Assembly: GCA_018649885.1 (NCBI GenBank)
Contig: JABIHA010000142.1
Location: 1-57,547 of the forward strand
Length of the DNA stretch: 57,547 bases
Source: Bacteriovoracaceae bacterium
Lineage (GTDB): Bacteria; Bdellovibrionota; Bacteriovoracia; Bacteriovoracales; Bacteriovoracaceae
Reading direction: 5' to 3'
Shown here piece by piece: positions 9,869-19,360 of the stretch (within the stretch, counting starts at the first letter, position 1; the number at the start of each line of letters is the position of its first letter). The position numbers and the translations under genes are program-made. The notes beneath the pieces are model-generated. The model did no database searches. It saw nothing but the letters and a program-made list of their open reading frames with translations, and was not told where the DNA came from.

Positions 9869-10570
9869 TTAGCTCGACCTTGCTCCAAAAATAGCTGTCC
9901 CTACCCGCAAAAGATCGGCATCGTAGTCAACGGCCCACTTCCAATCACTGCTCATTCCCATGCTCAGCTTCAGGGTCAGACTAAAGTCTTCCTTGAGGGC
10001 ATCCCTCATATCTTTGAGCTCACTAAAGCAGGCCCTGGCATCGGCCTCAAATTGATCCGTTCTATATTTCCCCATAGTCATCAAACCATGGAGAACAATT
10101 CTTCCTTGAGGCAAATCGGTTATATACTGGACTGCCTCAGATAGCTCTCGGTAGCTTGTAAACCCACCTTTTTCTTTCTCTCCAGAAGTATTGACCTGCA
10201 AAAAAAACTTTAATTGGTCCCCTGGAAAATGAGACTCTTCCTTGAAGAGAATTTTTAGCAACTTTAAGGAATCAATAGAATGGATATATTTAAGGCCTTT
10301 AATATTTAAAAGGGCCTTCACTTTATTTGTTTGTAAATGACCGATAAAATGCCAATTGATATCCTCAGCATCGAGATCTACTACCTTTTGAGAAAACTCT
10401 TCTACACGGTTCTCACCAAACTCTCTTTGACCTAAACGGTAGAGTGCTCTTATTTTCTCTATAGGCTGCCTCTTTGATACAGCAATAATGGAAGCCTTGC
10501 TTTTCTTAGAAACGAGATAATCGTGAATGGAGGCTAAGCGGCTTTTAAATAGATCTGTGGAGTCAGTCAA
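9869..10570 (-). CDS. yggS: PLP homeostasis protein (YggS/PROSC)
   Basis: AVSK, FGENRV, WHFIGHLQTNK, LSMGMSSD, RVGTAIFG. Confidence 0.95.
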   Translation of the reverse strand: MTDSTDLFKSRLASIHDYLVSKKSKASIIAVSKRQPIEKIRALYRLGQREFGENRVEEFSQKVVDLDAEDINWHFIGHLQTNKVKALLNIKGLKYIHSIDSLKLLKILFKEESHFPGDQLKFFLQVNTSGEKEKGGFTSYRELSEAVQYITDLPQGRIVLHGLMTMGKYRTDQFEADARACFSELKDMRDALKEDFSLTLKLSMGMSSDWKWAVDYDADLLRVGTAIFGARSS

Positions 10571-10572
10571 AA

Positions 10573-10935
10573 CTAAGACCCTTTGTTTTGGTCTTGGTCT
10601 TTGTCTTTGTCTTTGTCTTTGTCTTTAGGTATAAAATTAAATTTAGCGCTAACTTCTATATCGTAATTATTAATGACGTTTTCAATTTCATCACGCACAT
10701 TAACTTTTGTAAGGTATCCCTTAATTTCTTCTTTAACACCTTTGATGAACTCTTCCTTGGACTGCCTAGCATTTTGTAATAGTCCATTGATAATATCTTT
10801 AGGGAGAGGCAGGTCTTGAATAATGCCTTTCACAGCATCCTCAGTCATAAAAGCAGCACCAATTCCAGTGGAGACTACTTTTCGAAACAAATCTGTGAGC
10901 TTTAAATCTTTTTCATCTCTTTCTTCATCTGACAA
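10573..10935 (-). CDS. Conserved hypothetical (phasin-like) protein
   Basis: TGIGAAFMTED motif; helical; sits in the glpX-yggS gene run. Confidence 0.6.
   Translation of the reverse strand: MSDEERDEKDLKLTDLFRKVVSTGIGAAFMTEDAVKGIIQDLPLPKDIINGLLQNARQSKEEFIKGVKEEIKGYLTKVNVRDEIENVINNYDIEVSAKFNFIPKDKDKDKDKDQDQNKGS
10591..10626. repeat. Hexanucleotide microsatellite gtcttg + (gtcttt)5 encoding a KD-repeat tail
   Basis: Directly visible; protein tail KDKDKDKDKDQDQ. Confidence 0.9.
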
Positions 10936-10943
10936 AATTCACC

Positions 10944-11375
10944 TCACCGTTTTCTTGCTTCATCTGCCATAGAATCCATCATAGCAGGCAGATTTGAGCC
11001 AACGAGCTTTTTCAAGATCATTTTTGGCACCATTAATTTAAAGGCGAGCTCAATTGAGTAAGTAACCTCAGTTTGACCATCACCTAAATCTTTAAGAATC
11101 CACTCGCCCTCATTTGTCTTAAATAAGTCCCCGGATTCTAATTTCCAACTGACTTTAGAATTAGGGGTGTGAGTAAGAGCAAGGGTATATACAAATCTTT
11201 TGACAACATTAAGTGAATAGCGAACTCTGGCAGAGCTTTCACTTTGCTCTAACACTTCTATGTCATCTACCCCTTCAATAAATTTAGGATAGTTTCCATA
11301 ATCTAAAATGGCACTATAGAACTTGCCTATTTCAACATCGTACACAGCAGTTCTTAGAGTATTATTCGTAGCCAT
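10944..11375 (-). CDS. SRPBCC / polyketide cyclase-dehydrase (RatA/COQ10-like) protein
   Basis: DYGNYPKFI, GEWIL, EVTYSIEL. Confidence 0.85.
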   Translation of the reverse strand: MATNNTLRTAVYDVEIGKFYSAILDYGNYPKFIEGVDDIEVLEQSESSARVRYSLNVVKRFVYTLALTHTPNSKVSWKLESGDLFKTNEGEWILKDLGDGQTEVTYSIELAFKLMVPKMILKKLVGSNLPAMMDSMADEARKR

Positions 11376-11383
11376 TGTTTTCC

Positions 11384-12337
11384 TTAATACCTAGGTTTTG
11401 TATCAAATTTATGTTCAGCAAATATTTCTCTTACTGTTCCAGACTCACTTCTCATAACAATTGAATGGGTTCTACATCCACCGCCTTTAAACAAAACTCC
11501 GTCTAGGTAGGATCCGTCCGTTACACCGGTCGCCACAAACATAACATTGCCCGAAGCTAAATCGTCGATAGAGAATATTTTTTTGATATCGCTGATGCCC
11601 ATTTTCTTAGCACGCTCGATTTCTTCATTATTTCTAGGACGTAAAATTCCTTGAAAATCACCACCAACACATTGTAGGGCCGCTGCTGCAATAACCCCTT
11701 CAGGAGCACCACCAATACCAAACAAGACGTCTACGCCCATATTTGGATTAGTTGTGGCAATAGCTGCTGACACATCACCATCACCAATAAGCTGAATTCT
11801 TGCTCCAGTTGACCTAACTTCTGCAATCAAACCAGCATGTCTTTCGCGGTCTAAAATAACAGCTGTTAAGTCAGCAATACGACAACGTTTTACATCGGCG
11901 ATTCTTTTAAGATTTTCAGTTGGTGAAAGGGTGATATCTACGGCGCCTTTACAATCGGGCCCAACAGCAATTTTGTCCATATAGGTATCTGGTGCGTGCA
12001 ATAAACAATTTTCACCACCAATGGCCATAACAGAAATAGAGTTGTAGCCCCCATTTGCACAAATGGTGGTTCCTTCAAGAGGGTCCAGAGCAATTTCAAG
12101 TTTTGGACCAGATCCGGTTCCGACTTTTTCCCCAATATAAAGCATAGGGGCTTCGTCTCTCTCACCTTCTCCAATAACGACTGTAGCGTCACATTCTACA
12201 GAATCTAACATAGCTCGCATAGCGTCTACAGCTGCTTGGTCAGAAGCTTTTTCATCTCCTCTTCCCATTAGTCTTGCTGAGGCGATTGCGGCCATCTCCG
12301 TCACTCTTACGAATTCAAGTGCGAGGTTTCGGTTCAT
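11384..12337 (-). CDS. glpX: Class II fructose-1,6-bisphosphatase
   Basis: RVTEMAA, VIGEGERDEAPML, DPLEGT, DGDV, GGAPEGV, ATGVTDG. Confidence 0.97.
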   Translation of the reverse strand: MNRNLALEFVRVTEMAAIASARLMGRGDEKASDQAAVDAMRAMLDSVECDATVVIGEGERDEAPMLYIGEKVGTGSGPKLEIALDPLEGTTICANGGYNSISVMAIGGENCLLHAPDTYMDKIAVGPDCKGAVDITLSPTENLKRIADVKRCRIADLTAVILDRERHAGLIAEVRSTGARIQLIGDGDVSAAIATTNPNMGVDVLFGIGGAPEGVIAAAALQCVGGDFQGILRPRNNEEIERAKKMGISDIKKIFSIDDLASGNVMFVATGVTDGSYLDGVLFKGGGCRTHSIVMRSESGTVREIFAEHKFDTKPRY

Positions 12338-12414
12338 TGCGAATACTCCTATTTGCTAAAGTCAACTAACATGGATTGTATCCACAAAGCTCAAGTTTGC
12401 ATAGAGCACAAGGC

Positions 12415-13167
12415 CTAGGAATGCTCTAATTTGCGTAATATAAATTGAACAGTGTCAGCAGGTAAGAAATCTTCAGAAATTAGTTTGAGAATTTCCCCAG
12501 AAAAATCCATTTTATTGGTGTCTACTTCTGAGTCCATTTTAAAAACAAATTCATCTTCGTGAATCAAAGGGGTGTCCATATCCCTTTTGCTCAAGGTGCG
12601 TCCAGTACTTAGACCCTGGCCGTCTTCCCATTCAATAAAGTTTTGCATCATGATAATTTGAACCTTTGAAAACTCTCCGTCGGAGTGAGTCCAAACAAAG
12701 ACTTCCATGGGACCATCTGCTCTAAGCCAATATTTAAGAGAGCCAGGAATTTCAATTTCAAGCTGATCACCTGCAAATTGATGAATAGGTTTTATGTTTT
12801 TAGCTATATTTTCAGCACACAAAAATTTGGACATCTCGGCATTTGAATTATCCCAATCAAACTCAACTCCCAGCCTGGAATTTGTTAGCCACCTAACTTT
12901 GGCAGTCACTGTGTGTTCCAAACCGCTCCAATGAAGCGTTCCACTTATAGCATCACCAAAATCTAGCTCATGCTTTCCATCTCGAAGAGATAGCTGCATG
13001 CCAGTAACACTAATATCACTCACTTCAAAAACATGCTCTGGCCCTTTTGCTTTAAAGGTCATGTAGCAATAAGGAAACCTGGGAAGAAGTCTCTTTTCAT
13101 GAGTTAAAAATTCACTTTTTATAAGATTAAAGGCGCGGTCCATATTGTTCTCCTGTACATTGTCCAT
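12415..13167 (-). CDS. PilZ-domain protein
   Basis: EKRLLPR (RxxxR) and DISVTG (DxSxxG), LGVEF. Confidence 0.8.
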   Translation of the reverse strand: MDNVQENNMDRAFNLIKSEFLTHEKRLLPRFPYCYMTFKAKGPEHVFEVSDISVTGMQLSLRDGKHELDFGDAISGTLHWSGLEHTVTAKVRWLTNSRLGVEFDWDNSNAEMSKFLCAENIAKNIKPIHQFAGDQLEIEIPGSLKYWLRADGPMEVFVWTHSDGEFSKVQIIMMQNFIEWEDGQGLSTGRTLSKRDMDTPLIHEDEFVFKMDSEVDTNKMDFSGEILKLISEDFLPADTVQFILRKLEHS

Positions 13168-13282
13168 TCTACTATGAGTTGGTAGGATTTAATGCCCTGA
13201 ATTCTCTACCCAGTGACTTGGCAAAATCACAGTTAACTGCTAGAAATTTCGTTGGGGTAACACACAGCAATGGACACAGATC

Positions 13283-13918
13283 TTGGCAAATGATGATTTG
13301 GAAATTGACAACCTGCCCAATAGACTCACTATTTTAAGAGTTGCACTCATACCTGTAGTGATTGGGTTAATGCTCTTATCTGAAAGTAACATTGAAAGAT
13401 TTGTCCCCTACCGCTCATTTCTAGGATGGGCCGCAGGTTGGATTTTTGTGGCCGCCTCAATCACAGATTTCTTTGATGGCTATATCGCCAGAAAAAGAGG
13501 CATCCAAACTGTATTTGGAACTTTCCTTGACCCCATTGCAGATAAATTTTTAGTAGTCTCATGCTTAATTCTTCTGGGAAATTTTGACCGAATTCCAACT
13601 GTAGTAGTAATCATTTTAGTTTTAAGAGAAATGTATATGACTTCATTGAGGCTACTGGCCACTAATGAGGGTGTTAATGTACCGGTTAGTCAGCTTGGAA
13701 AATGGAAGACTACTTTTCAAATGACCGCCATTCCCATGCTAATGGTCAATGAAAGCTGGTGGATTTTTCCTTGGCCTTTTATAGGCACTATTGCCATTTA
13801 CATTGCCGGTATTATCTCAATCTACAGTGCAGTGGTTTATTCACTAGGTCTGATAAAAAAACTAAAATTGAAAAGACTTCAAAAAAGATCAAGTAAGACC
13901 ACAAGTGACACCCAATAA
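13283..13918 (+). CDS. pgsA: CDP-diacylglycerol--glycerol-3-phosphate 3-phosphatidyltransferase
   Basis: PNRLTILR, TDFFDGYIAR...GTFLDPIADK, GKWKT. Confidence 0.95.
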   Translation: MANDDLEIDNLPNRLTILRVALIPVVIGLMLLSESNIERFVPYRSFLGWAAGWIFVAASITDFFDGYIARKRGIQTVFGTFLDPIADKFLVVSCLILLGNFDRIPTVVVIILVLREMYMTSLRLLATNEGVNVPVSQLGKWKTTFQMTAIPMLMVNESWWIFPWPFIGTIAIYIAGIISIYSAVVYSLGLIKKLKLKRLQKRSSKTTSDTQ

Positions 13919-13942
13919 AAAGACCCTCTCTTCGAGGGTCTT
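13917..13942. terminator. Intrinsic terminator between convergent genes
   Basis: aagaccctc-tcttc-gagggtctt with an A-tract on the left. Confidence 0.75.
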
Positions 13943-13978
13943 CTCACTATAAAATAATCAAGGTGTATTTTTAAATTA

Positions 13979-14680
13979 TTATAAACCGAGCATTCCTTTA
14001 GCAACTGCTACGATACTTCTTTCAATATAAGGAGCTGCAATTTTTGGTAAAAGATCAATGCCTGGTATCACATTAGCATTTAAAAAGAGGATATACTCAC
14101 CGTTGTCTTCATCATAAGCAACGTGGATGTGACCGTTTTTCATTTTTAGACCTTCAGGTTTCTTGTAAACTCCATGACCAGGAACTTTTATAGGAGTAGA
14201 AGCGTCTGCAAGAGTGTAGTAATAACTAAGTTCTGCCCCGTCATATGCAGTAAGTGGAATGTAATCAGTTACTTCTCTTATGTGGACCTTGCCAATTGGA
14301 AAAGGTGCCTTAGTTTTGTAAGTAGCATAGTGTCTTGTAATCACTGTGCCATCTTTAGTGTAGGTACCCATAGGAAGTGTAACTTTCATTTTTACTTCGT
14401 TTGTTCCCTTGGTGTATTCACCCCATTCTGCAAAATCAAAATACATGTCAACGATGTCTTCTGGTGTATCAAAATCGTCTTCACTAATGGCCGCAAAAAA
14501 CTGAACATTGATATACCGTTTACCAGCAGCATTTCTGAGTACAGCTCTTTTAGTGCAAAAAGAATTGGAATCAAAACAATCGTCTGGTACTTCAGGTAAT
14601 GCTTTTCCAGCAAATGCAGCTGGAATAATCATTCCTAGTGCTAAAACCAATGTAAGATAAAATTTCGTGATACTTTTCAT
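13979..14680 (-). CDS. Secreted protein, probable START/SRPBCC-like fold
   Basis: GGAGG RBS; signal peptide (AAFA); DFAEW, KAPFPI and a C-terminal amphipathic helix after PGIDLLP. Confidence 0.5.
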   Translation of the reverse strand: MKSITKFYLTLVLALGMIIPAAFAGKALPEVPDDCFDSNSFCTKRAVLRNAAGKRYINVQFFAAISEDDFDTPEDIVDMYFDFAEWGEYTKGTNEVKMKVTLPMGTYTKDGTVITRHYATYKTKAPFPIGKVHIREVTDYIPLTAYDGAELSYYYTLADASTPIKVPGHGVYKKPEGLKMKNGHIHVAYDEDNGEYILFLNANVIPGIDLLPKIAAPYIERSIVAVAKGMLGL

Positions 14681-14734
14681 AGTACTTTTCCTCCCAATGT
14701 TTATTTTAAACATAAATTTATAAAAATAAAATTA

Positions 14735-17700
14735 TTAGTCGTTTACGACGCCCTTGGATATCCAAGAATCGGCCCAATAAACTCCAATATCTACATTTCT
14801 CTTTAAGTAATCTTCACTGGGATCAGAAATTCTTAAAATTCCTTTCATCCCGTAACTAACATCAATCGAAGTATCCTCTCCCCACACAATTTTGGTTACT
14901 AAAAACTTAAGCATATTGTGTGTTTTTGTGAGAAGCTTTTGCGACTCTAATAAGAAATTTCGTATGATCTTTCTATCAAGCAACTTCAAAAAATCCATTG
15001 AGCCCACCAAAAAACTTCTATAGGTTGAATTTCGAAGAATTGGTAGGATACCTTTGTCAAAAGAAACAAAGTCAGGATGTTCTAAAATTTGTGATAGCTG
15101 TTTTAAGCTTTCTTCATCATCTTGGTGGTCTTCTATTATATCCATATAAAAATCTAAAAGTTTAAATAGATGATCTTCTTCACCTACCAAAGCTCTTTGG
15201 TATATTTCAAAAGGTCTGGCGCCATTTGCTATCAAAAATTTATTTACCTGCAGTAATGATTTCTGAATCCCAGGGGCAGACTTTCCATCAAACCCTGTTT
15301 GAGTGCTACTAAGGTTTTGGAGAACCGGAACAAGAAAACGTTTCAAAGATCTTTTGATTTTCTCGTCCCTTGTTGTACCAAGTAGAACACCTTGTACACT
15401 TTTACCAAAAATATCTCCAGCAGCATTTTGCATAAAAAGTTGCCCATTTAGAAGATGAACTAGCCTAGAAATAATTGAGGCCCTTTTTTCAACTTCAATT
15501 TCATTCATTGAGTGAGCTACTATTTTCAAAAATGAGTAAATTTCGTCTTGGGAAAACTTGGAAATAATTTCATGTAACACTCTCATATTGGAGCTGTGTA
15601 GTACCTGCTTAACAATGTAGAGATCGGTTCTTTTTTTCCACGAAAAATCTGAATCAAATTTTTGAATAAACTTACCGATGGTTTTACTCATACTCTCTAA
15701 TGTTTCTTTATCTTCAATACTATAAAGCAGTCTTGACAAGGCCAATTGATACCTTGGTTTCCCTTCAAGCTTTTTTAGTACAATAATGGCAAAATCCAGT
15801 AGGTTTTTCTCCGAATCTTTATCATCAGCTTCCAACTCATAGAAAGTCTTTATCACCAACTCTTTAACCAATTTGTAGGCGATACCACGATCTGGGTTTT
15901 CGACTTTCCCCACCTCTGAGCCCATTCTATCTAGCAATTGGTAAAAATATGGATCCATTTCATCTTCTTTATCAACTGCTGGATAATTAGAGGCAAGAGA
16001 GCCGATAAAATTATTGGCAAACCGACTTGGTCCCACAAAGAAGCCATTACTACTATTTAATATATAGTGAGATCGTCCAGCTGCCTTAGAGCTTAGTTGG
16101 ACTTTGGCCCCACTGATAAAGCCAAGTGCATCGACACTTCCATCTTTAATAGATTTAAAGGCCTTTAAATGTAGTGGGAAGGCCTTTATTTCGTCTTTAA
16201 TGACTGGATCCTTACCCATGGTCATTAGATCATCTAGTACCTTTTTCACGACTCCAAGAGGTAACCTATCAGCTTTTTCAAACACAACTTTTTTCTTTTT
16301 CCCAAAAATGCCGTAAGCTCCATGGAGTAAATTGATTTCTGATTTTTTACAAAATGCCAGGTCAGTACTATCAATTTTCCATTTTGCAGCGTCTTCCACC
16401 AAATCGGTTATGCCAAGCACTTCAGCTTCATCCTCAAAATAAGGGCAATATGAAATCAGCGCAATTTTCTTCAAGTATTTTGTAAGACGCGGATACCCCG
16501 AGTCAGTTGGAGAAGCGGCAAAATTAATTGGGCAATACGATAGATCAAATTTTGAATCAGCTTTATTCCAGGCCCAACAATTTTGTCCAAGCCCAAGACC
16601 GATCATGAGATCTTTATTCTTATTTTGTGCAAGCATCCCCAGGTGACCCAAAAGATGAACAAACTCCAACTCGTTTTTACCAAAGCCCGTAATTGTCTTA
16701 ACACCTAGTGCGGTATCATCTACAAAATTAAACGGTCCCCTTGCCAGAAGGTCTGTGTATTCTTTGTCACTTAGGCCTGGGATAGATCTTTTTATAATTT
16801 CAGCAATTTCCTCAACTCCAGAAACATGCTTCAAAGACTCAGGAAAATGGTAGCGGTGATTTTGGAAAGCGTACCCTGCCTGAAGTGAAGGAATCCCATA
16901 TAATTGCCCTTTCACATTTTTATTTGGATTAAGATAAAAATCTTTTTCAAATTCAGGCAAAATTCCAGGGGCCTGAAGAAATTGTTTAGAATAAAAACTA
17001 AGAATTTCTCTTATTTCATCCACACTGTAAGCAGATGTTTCAAAGAAATCACTGGGAGTCTTTAGATATTTATAGCTTTCATTTTTTATCCACACACTCT
17101 TATCATCTAGATGCCTATCAAATAAGACATCTGAAAACCAGGCGACTAATTCATCGCTATCACTACTTTTTTCATCCTTACCAAGCCCATAACCTGAAAA
17201 GAATTTTTTGACTTTACCAAAGTAGCCATCTTGATCAGAAAATTCATAAATTAATTTTCTTCTAAAAACAGAGGTTCTCTTATCAAGTCCAATAAAGCTC
17301 TCTTTACCACCACTGGCATTTTTAAATATTTTTAAATTAACAGTTTTCTTACTATTTTCTCCAAAGAAACTAGCTGCAATTTCTTTATCTTCTAAATTAA
17401 GTGAATCATTGTAAAAAAGTGCTCCAGACATCCTAGATCTGGCCAAAACTTCTCTGACGGCCATGGTTCCACCTGCACTGTACTGATCTCTAATTGAAGC
17501 CGGAATTTTCTCCCAATAAAGATTGTCTCTCATCATCTGCTCATAAGGACCATCTAAGTAAATACCGAGCAGTACTCTCATTAACTTGAGATCTTTTCCA
17601 CTTGCAGTGATACCTTGAAAGTCTAATGACTTGGCCTGCATCTCTTGAACTTCAATAGAGCTCAGTTTTTCAATGAAGTCGCTGGCAAGTGGCAATTTTT

Positions 17701-19360
17701 GTTCCTGAGAGTCAAACTCAGCAAGACTATCCATATCTTTTGAAAGAAGCTTTACTTTTTTAGCGTAAACTTCAAAGTCAGAGGCCTCTACTTTGTCATA
17801 AGCAAGATTAAGCCAGTATAAAGAAAATGGATCACGCTTAAGTTTCTCGGTCCACTTGCTCAAGATATGCTCAATAAACTTTGGATATATTGCTGAGTTT
17901 ATATTCTTGGTAGCTAGAATTTTGTTCCAACTATTACCCATCAGGTTTTTTCCAAGAATTTCAATATCCTCATCATAGGGACAATTGTTTTTAGAACCAT
18001 CCATTGGCCTTTTTAATATGTCAGGACACCCTATTTTCACTTTTATATATCTAATTACTAGATTGGCCAGAGGTGACAGACTTCCAGCACATCTTTTATC
18101 GGGTGAGAGAAATACCAAGAGGTTTTTGTAGACAGTTTTAATATCATCACTACTTTCAACCCCGGCAGTTACAGGAGATATCTTGTGAGATGCCACGCAA
18201 CTTTCTAAACTCACACCTTCATAGCTATCTGTTCCCATTAACCCACTTTTAAAAGATTTCTCAATGAGACCTGCAATGCCTACAGCTGCAATCTTAGTGT
18301 GAAAGGGGCTGGGCACTTTTTCTGTTTCTAAAAACTCTTCTAAGACTTCAATAAACTCTTTGAACTCAGAAACCTTCGCCGACTCAATCAAGTTAATGAG
18401 AGAAAAGTTAGATAGAACTGGATCTTTTTGAACCTTAGTCAAATGAGTCAATATATCTATGCCAGTATCAACAATTTTTTGTTGTCTCGCCTCAGTTGTG
18501 GTTAAAAATTCCTGACCAATATTTGATAAGGCCTTAGCGAGTGAATCAATCTCACTTTGAGAGCTATCTGCAATCAATTTATCATATCTTCTTGTAAAAC
18601 TCTGTGCATCCCGTGCCTCTTTTAATTTTATGCCTGGTCCCGGTTTCAAAGAGTGAACTTTCGGTTCAATCCAGTCTTCAAGAAGTATCTGTCTATCGGA
18701 GCCTGCGATAACTTTAGACTTTTCAAGAGTCAGCAGCTTGGAAAATGTTTTAAAAGAATCCGAGCCTAGAAGTCCCTCACTCAATTTAATAGAATTTGAT
18801 CGATTTTTGCTATCATTAAGAAGACCCCTAAAAAATGATGCAAAACTTCTATCAACCCCATCTTGCAAAAGCATTGATGTCAGCTCAAGAGATTCCGCAA
18901 ACCCATTTGTCTCATGAATTTTAAGAGATAAATCAATCAGCGGTCTAGGATGAAAATCTTTAATCAACTGATCATTGTCATGGCCGCCTGCAGTTTCACC
19001 ATTTCTCAGCATAGTAGAGAGTGAAGTCCTCACAAGAGGATATGTAAGACCTGAATCGGGGCTCCCCTTTATCACCTCGGATATATTTTCAAGTCCTTCA
19101 ATCTGAAGTCTTTCAACAAGTGCTATACTATTTTTTAATGTCTCCTCTCCATTTTCATCTTTTGAAGAAAGACACTTTGGAAAGTGGTAAAGAAAATTAC
19201 CACTAAGAGCGAGATCTTGTGGGAATTTAACTTTTTCACAAGCAGCTTGTGAAGAAATTGATTTCTCTGGTCCCATGTCACTGGAAAACTTCTGCATTTT
19301 TTCACCACAAGAGATGAATGTGAAAAATAAGAGAAAAAGACACCAGTTTCTAAAGTTCAA
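14735..19360 (-). CDS. Very large (1541 aa), largely helical lipoprotein of unknown function
   Basis: Lipobox FISC; long uninterrupted ORF; overlaps the stop of the FadL-like gene. Confidence 0.7.
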   Translation of the reverse strand: MNFRNWCLFLLFFTFISCGEKMQKFSSDMGPEKSISSQAACEKVKFPQDLALSGNFLYHFPKCLSSKDENGEETLKNSIALVERLQIEGLENISEVIKGSPDSGLTYPLVRTSLSTMLRNGETAGGHDNDQLIKDFHPRPLIDLSLKIHETNGFAESLELTSMLLQDGVDRSFASFFRGLLNDSKNRSNSIKLSEGLLGSDSFKTFSKLLTLEKSKVIAGSDRQILLEDWIEPKVHSLKPGPGIKLKEARDAQSFTRRYDKLIADSSQSEIDSLAKALSNIGQEFLTTTEARQQKIVDTGIDILTHLTKVQKDPVLSNFSLINLIESAKVSEFKEFIEVLEEFLETEKVPSPFHTKIAAVGIAGLIEKSFKSGLMGTDSYEGVSLESCVASHKISPVTAGVESSDDIKTVYKNLLVFLSPDKRCAGSLSPLANLVIRYIKVKIGCPDILKRPMDGSKNNCPYDEDIEILGKNLMGNSWNKILATKNINSAIYPKFIEHILSKWTEKLKRDPFSLYWLNLAYDKVEASDFEVYAKKVKLLSKDMDSLAEFDSQEQKLPLASDFIEKLSSIEVQEMQAKSLDFQGITASGKDLKLMRVLLGIYLDGPYEQMMRDNLYWEKIPASIRDQYSAGGTMAVREVLARSRMSGALFYNDSLNLEDKEIAASFFGENSKKTVNLKIFKNASGGKESFIGLDKRTSVFRRKLIYEFSDQDGYFGKVKKFFSGYGLGKDEKSSDSDELVAWFSDVLFDRHLDDKSVWIKNESYKYLKTPSDFFETSAYSVDEIREILSFYSKQFLQAPGILPEFEKDFYLNPNKNVKGQLYGIPSLQAGYAFQNHRYHFPESLKHVSGVEEIAEIIKRSIPGLSDKEYTDLLARGPFNFVDDTALGVKTITGFGKNELEFVHLLGHLGMLAQNKNKDLMIGLGLGQNCWAWNKADSKFDLSYCPINFAASPTDSGYPRLTKYLKKIALISYCPYFEDEAEVLGITDLVEDAAKWKIDSTDLAFCKKSEINLLHGAYGIFGKKKKVVFEKADRLPLGVVKKVLDDLMTMGKDPVIKDEIKAFPLHLKAFKSIKDGSVDALGFISGAKVQLSSKAAGRSHYILNSSNGFFVGPSRFANNFIGSLASNYPAVDKEDEMDPYFYQLLDRMGSEVGKVENPDRGIAYKLVKELVIKTFYELEADDKDSEKNLLDFAIIVLKKLEGKPRYQLALSRLLYSIEDKETLESMSKTIGKFIQKFDSDFSWKKRTDLYIVKQVLHSSNMRVLHEIISKFSQDEIYSFLKIVAHSMNEIEVEKRASIISRLVHLLNGQLFMQNAAGDIFGKSVQGVLLGTTRDEKIKRSLKRFLVPVLQNLSSTQTGFDGKSAPGIQKSLLQVNKFLIANGARPFEIYQRALVGEEDHLFKLLDFYMDIIEDHQDDEESLKQLSQILEHPDFVSFDKGILPILRNSTYRSFLVGSMDFLKLLDRKIIRNFLLESQKLLTKTHNMLKFLVTKIVWGEDTSIDVSYGMKGILRISDPSEDYLKRNVDIGVYWADSWISKGVVND

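Noticed and set aside
10591..10626. Phase-variation switch at the hexamer repeat
   Set aside because: The unit is a multiple of three and lies at the extreme C-terminus, so slippage would not shift the frame.
13919..13978. tRNA cluster commonly found after pgsA
   Set aside because: Only a terminator hairpin is present; there is no cloverleaf or T-loop motif.
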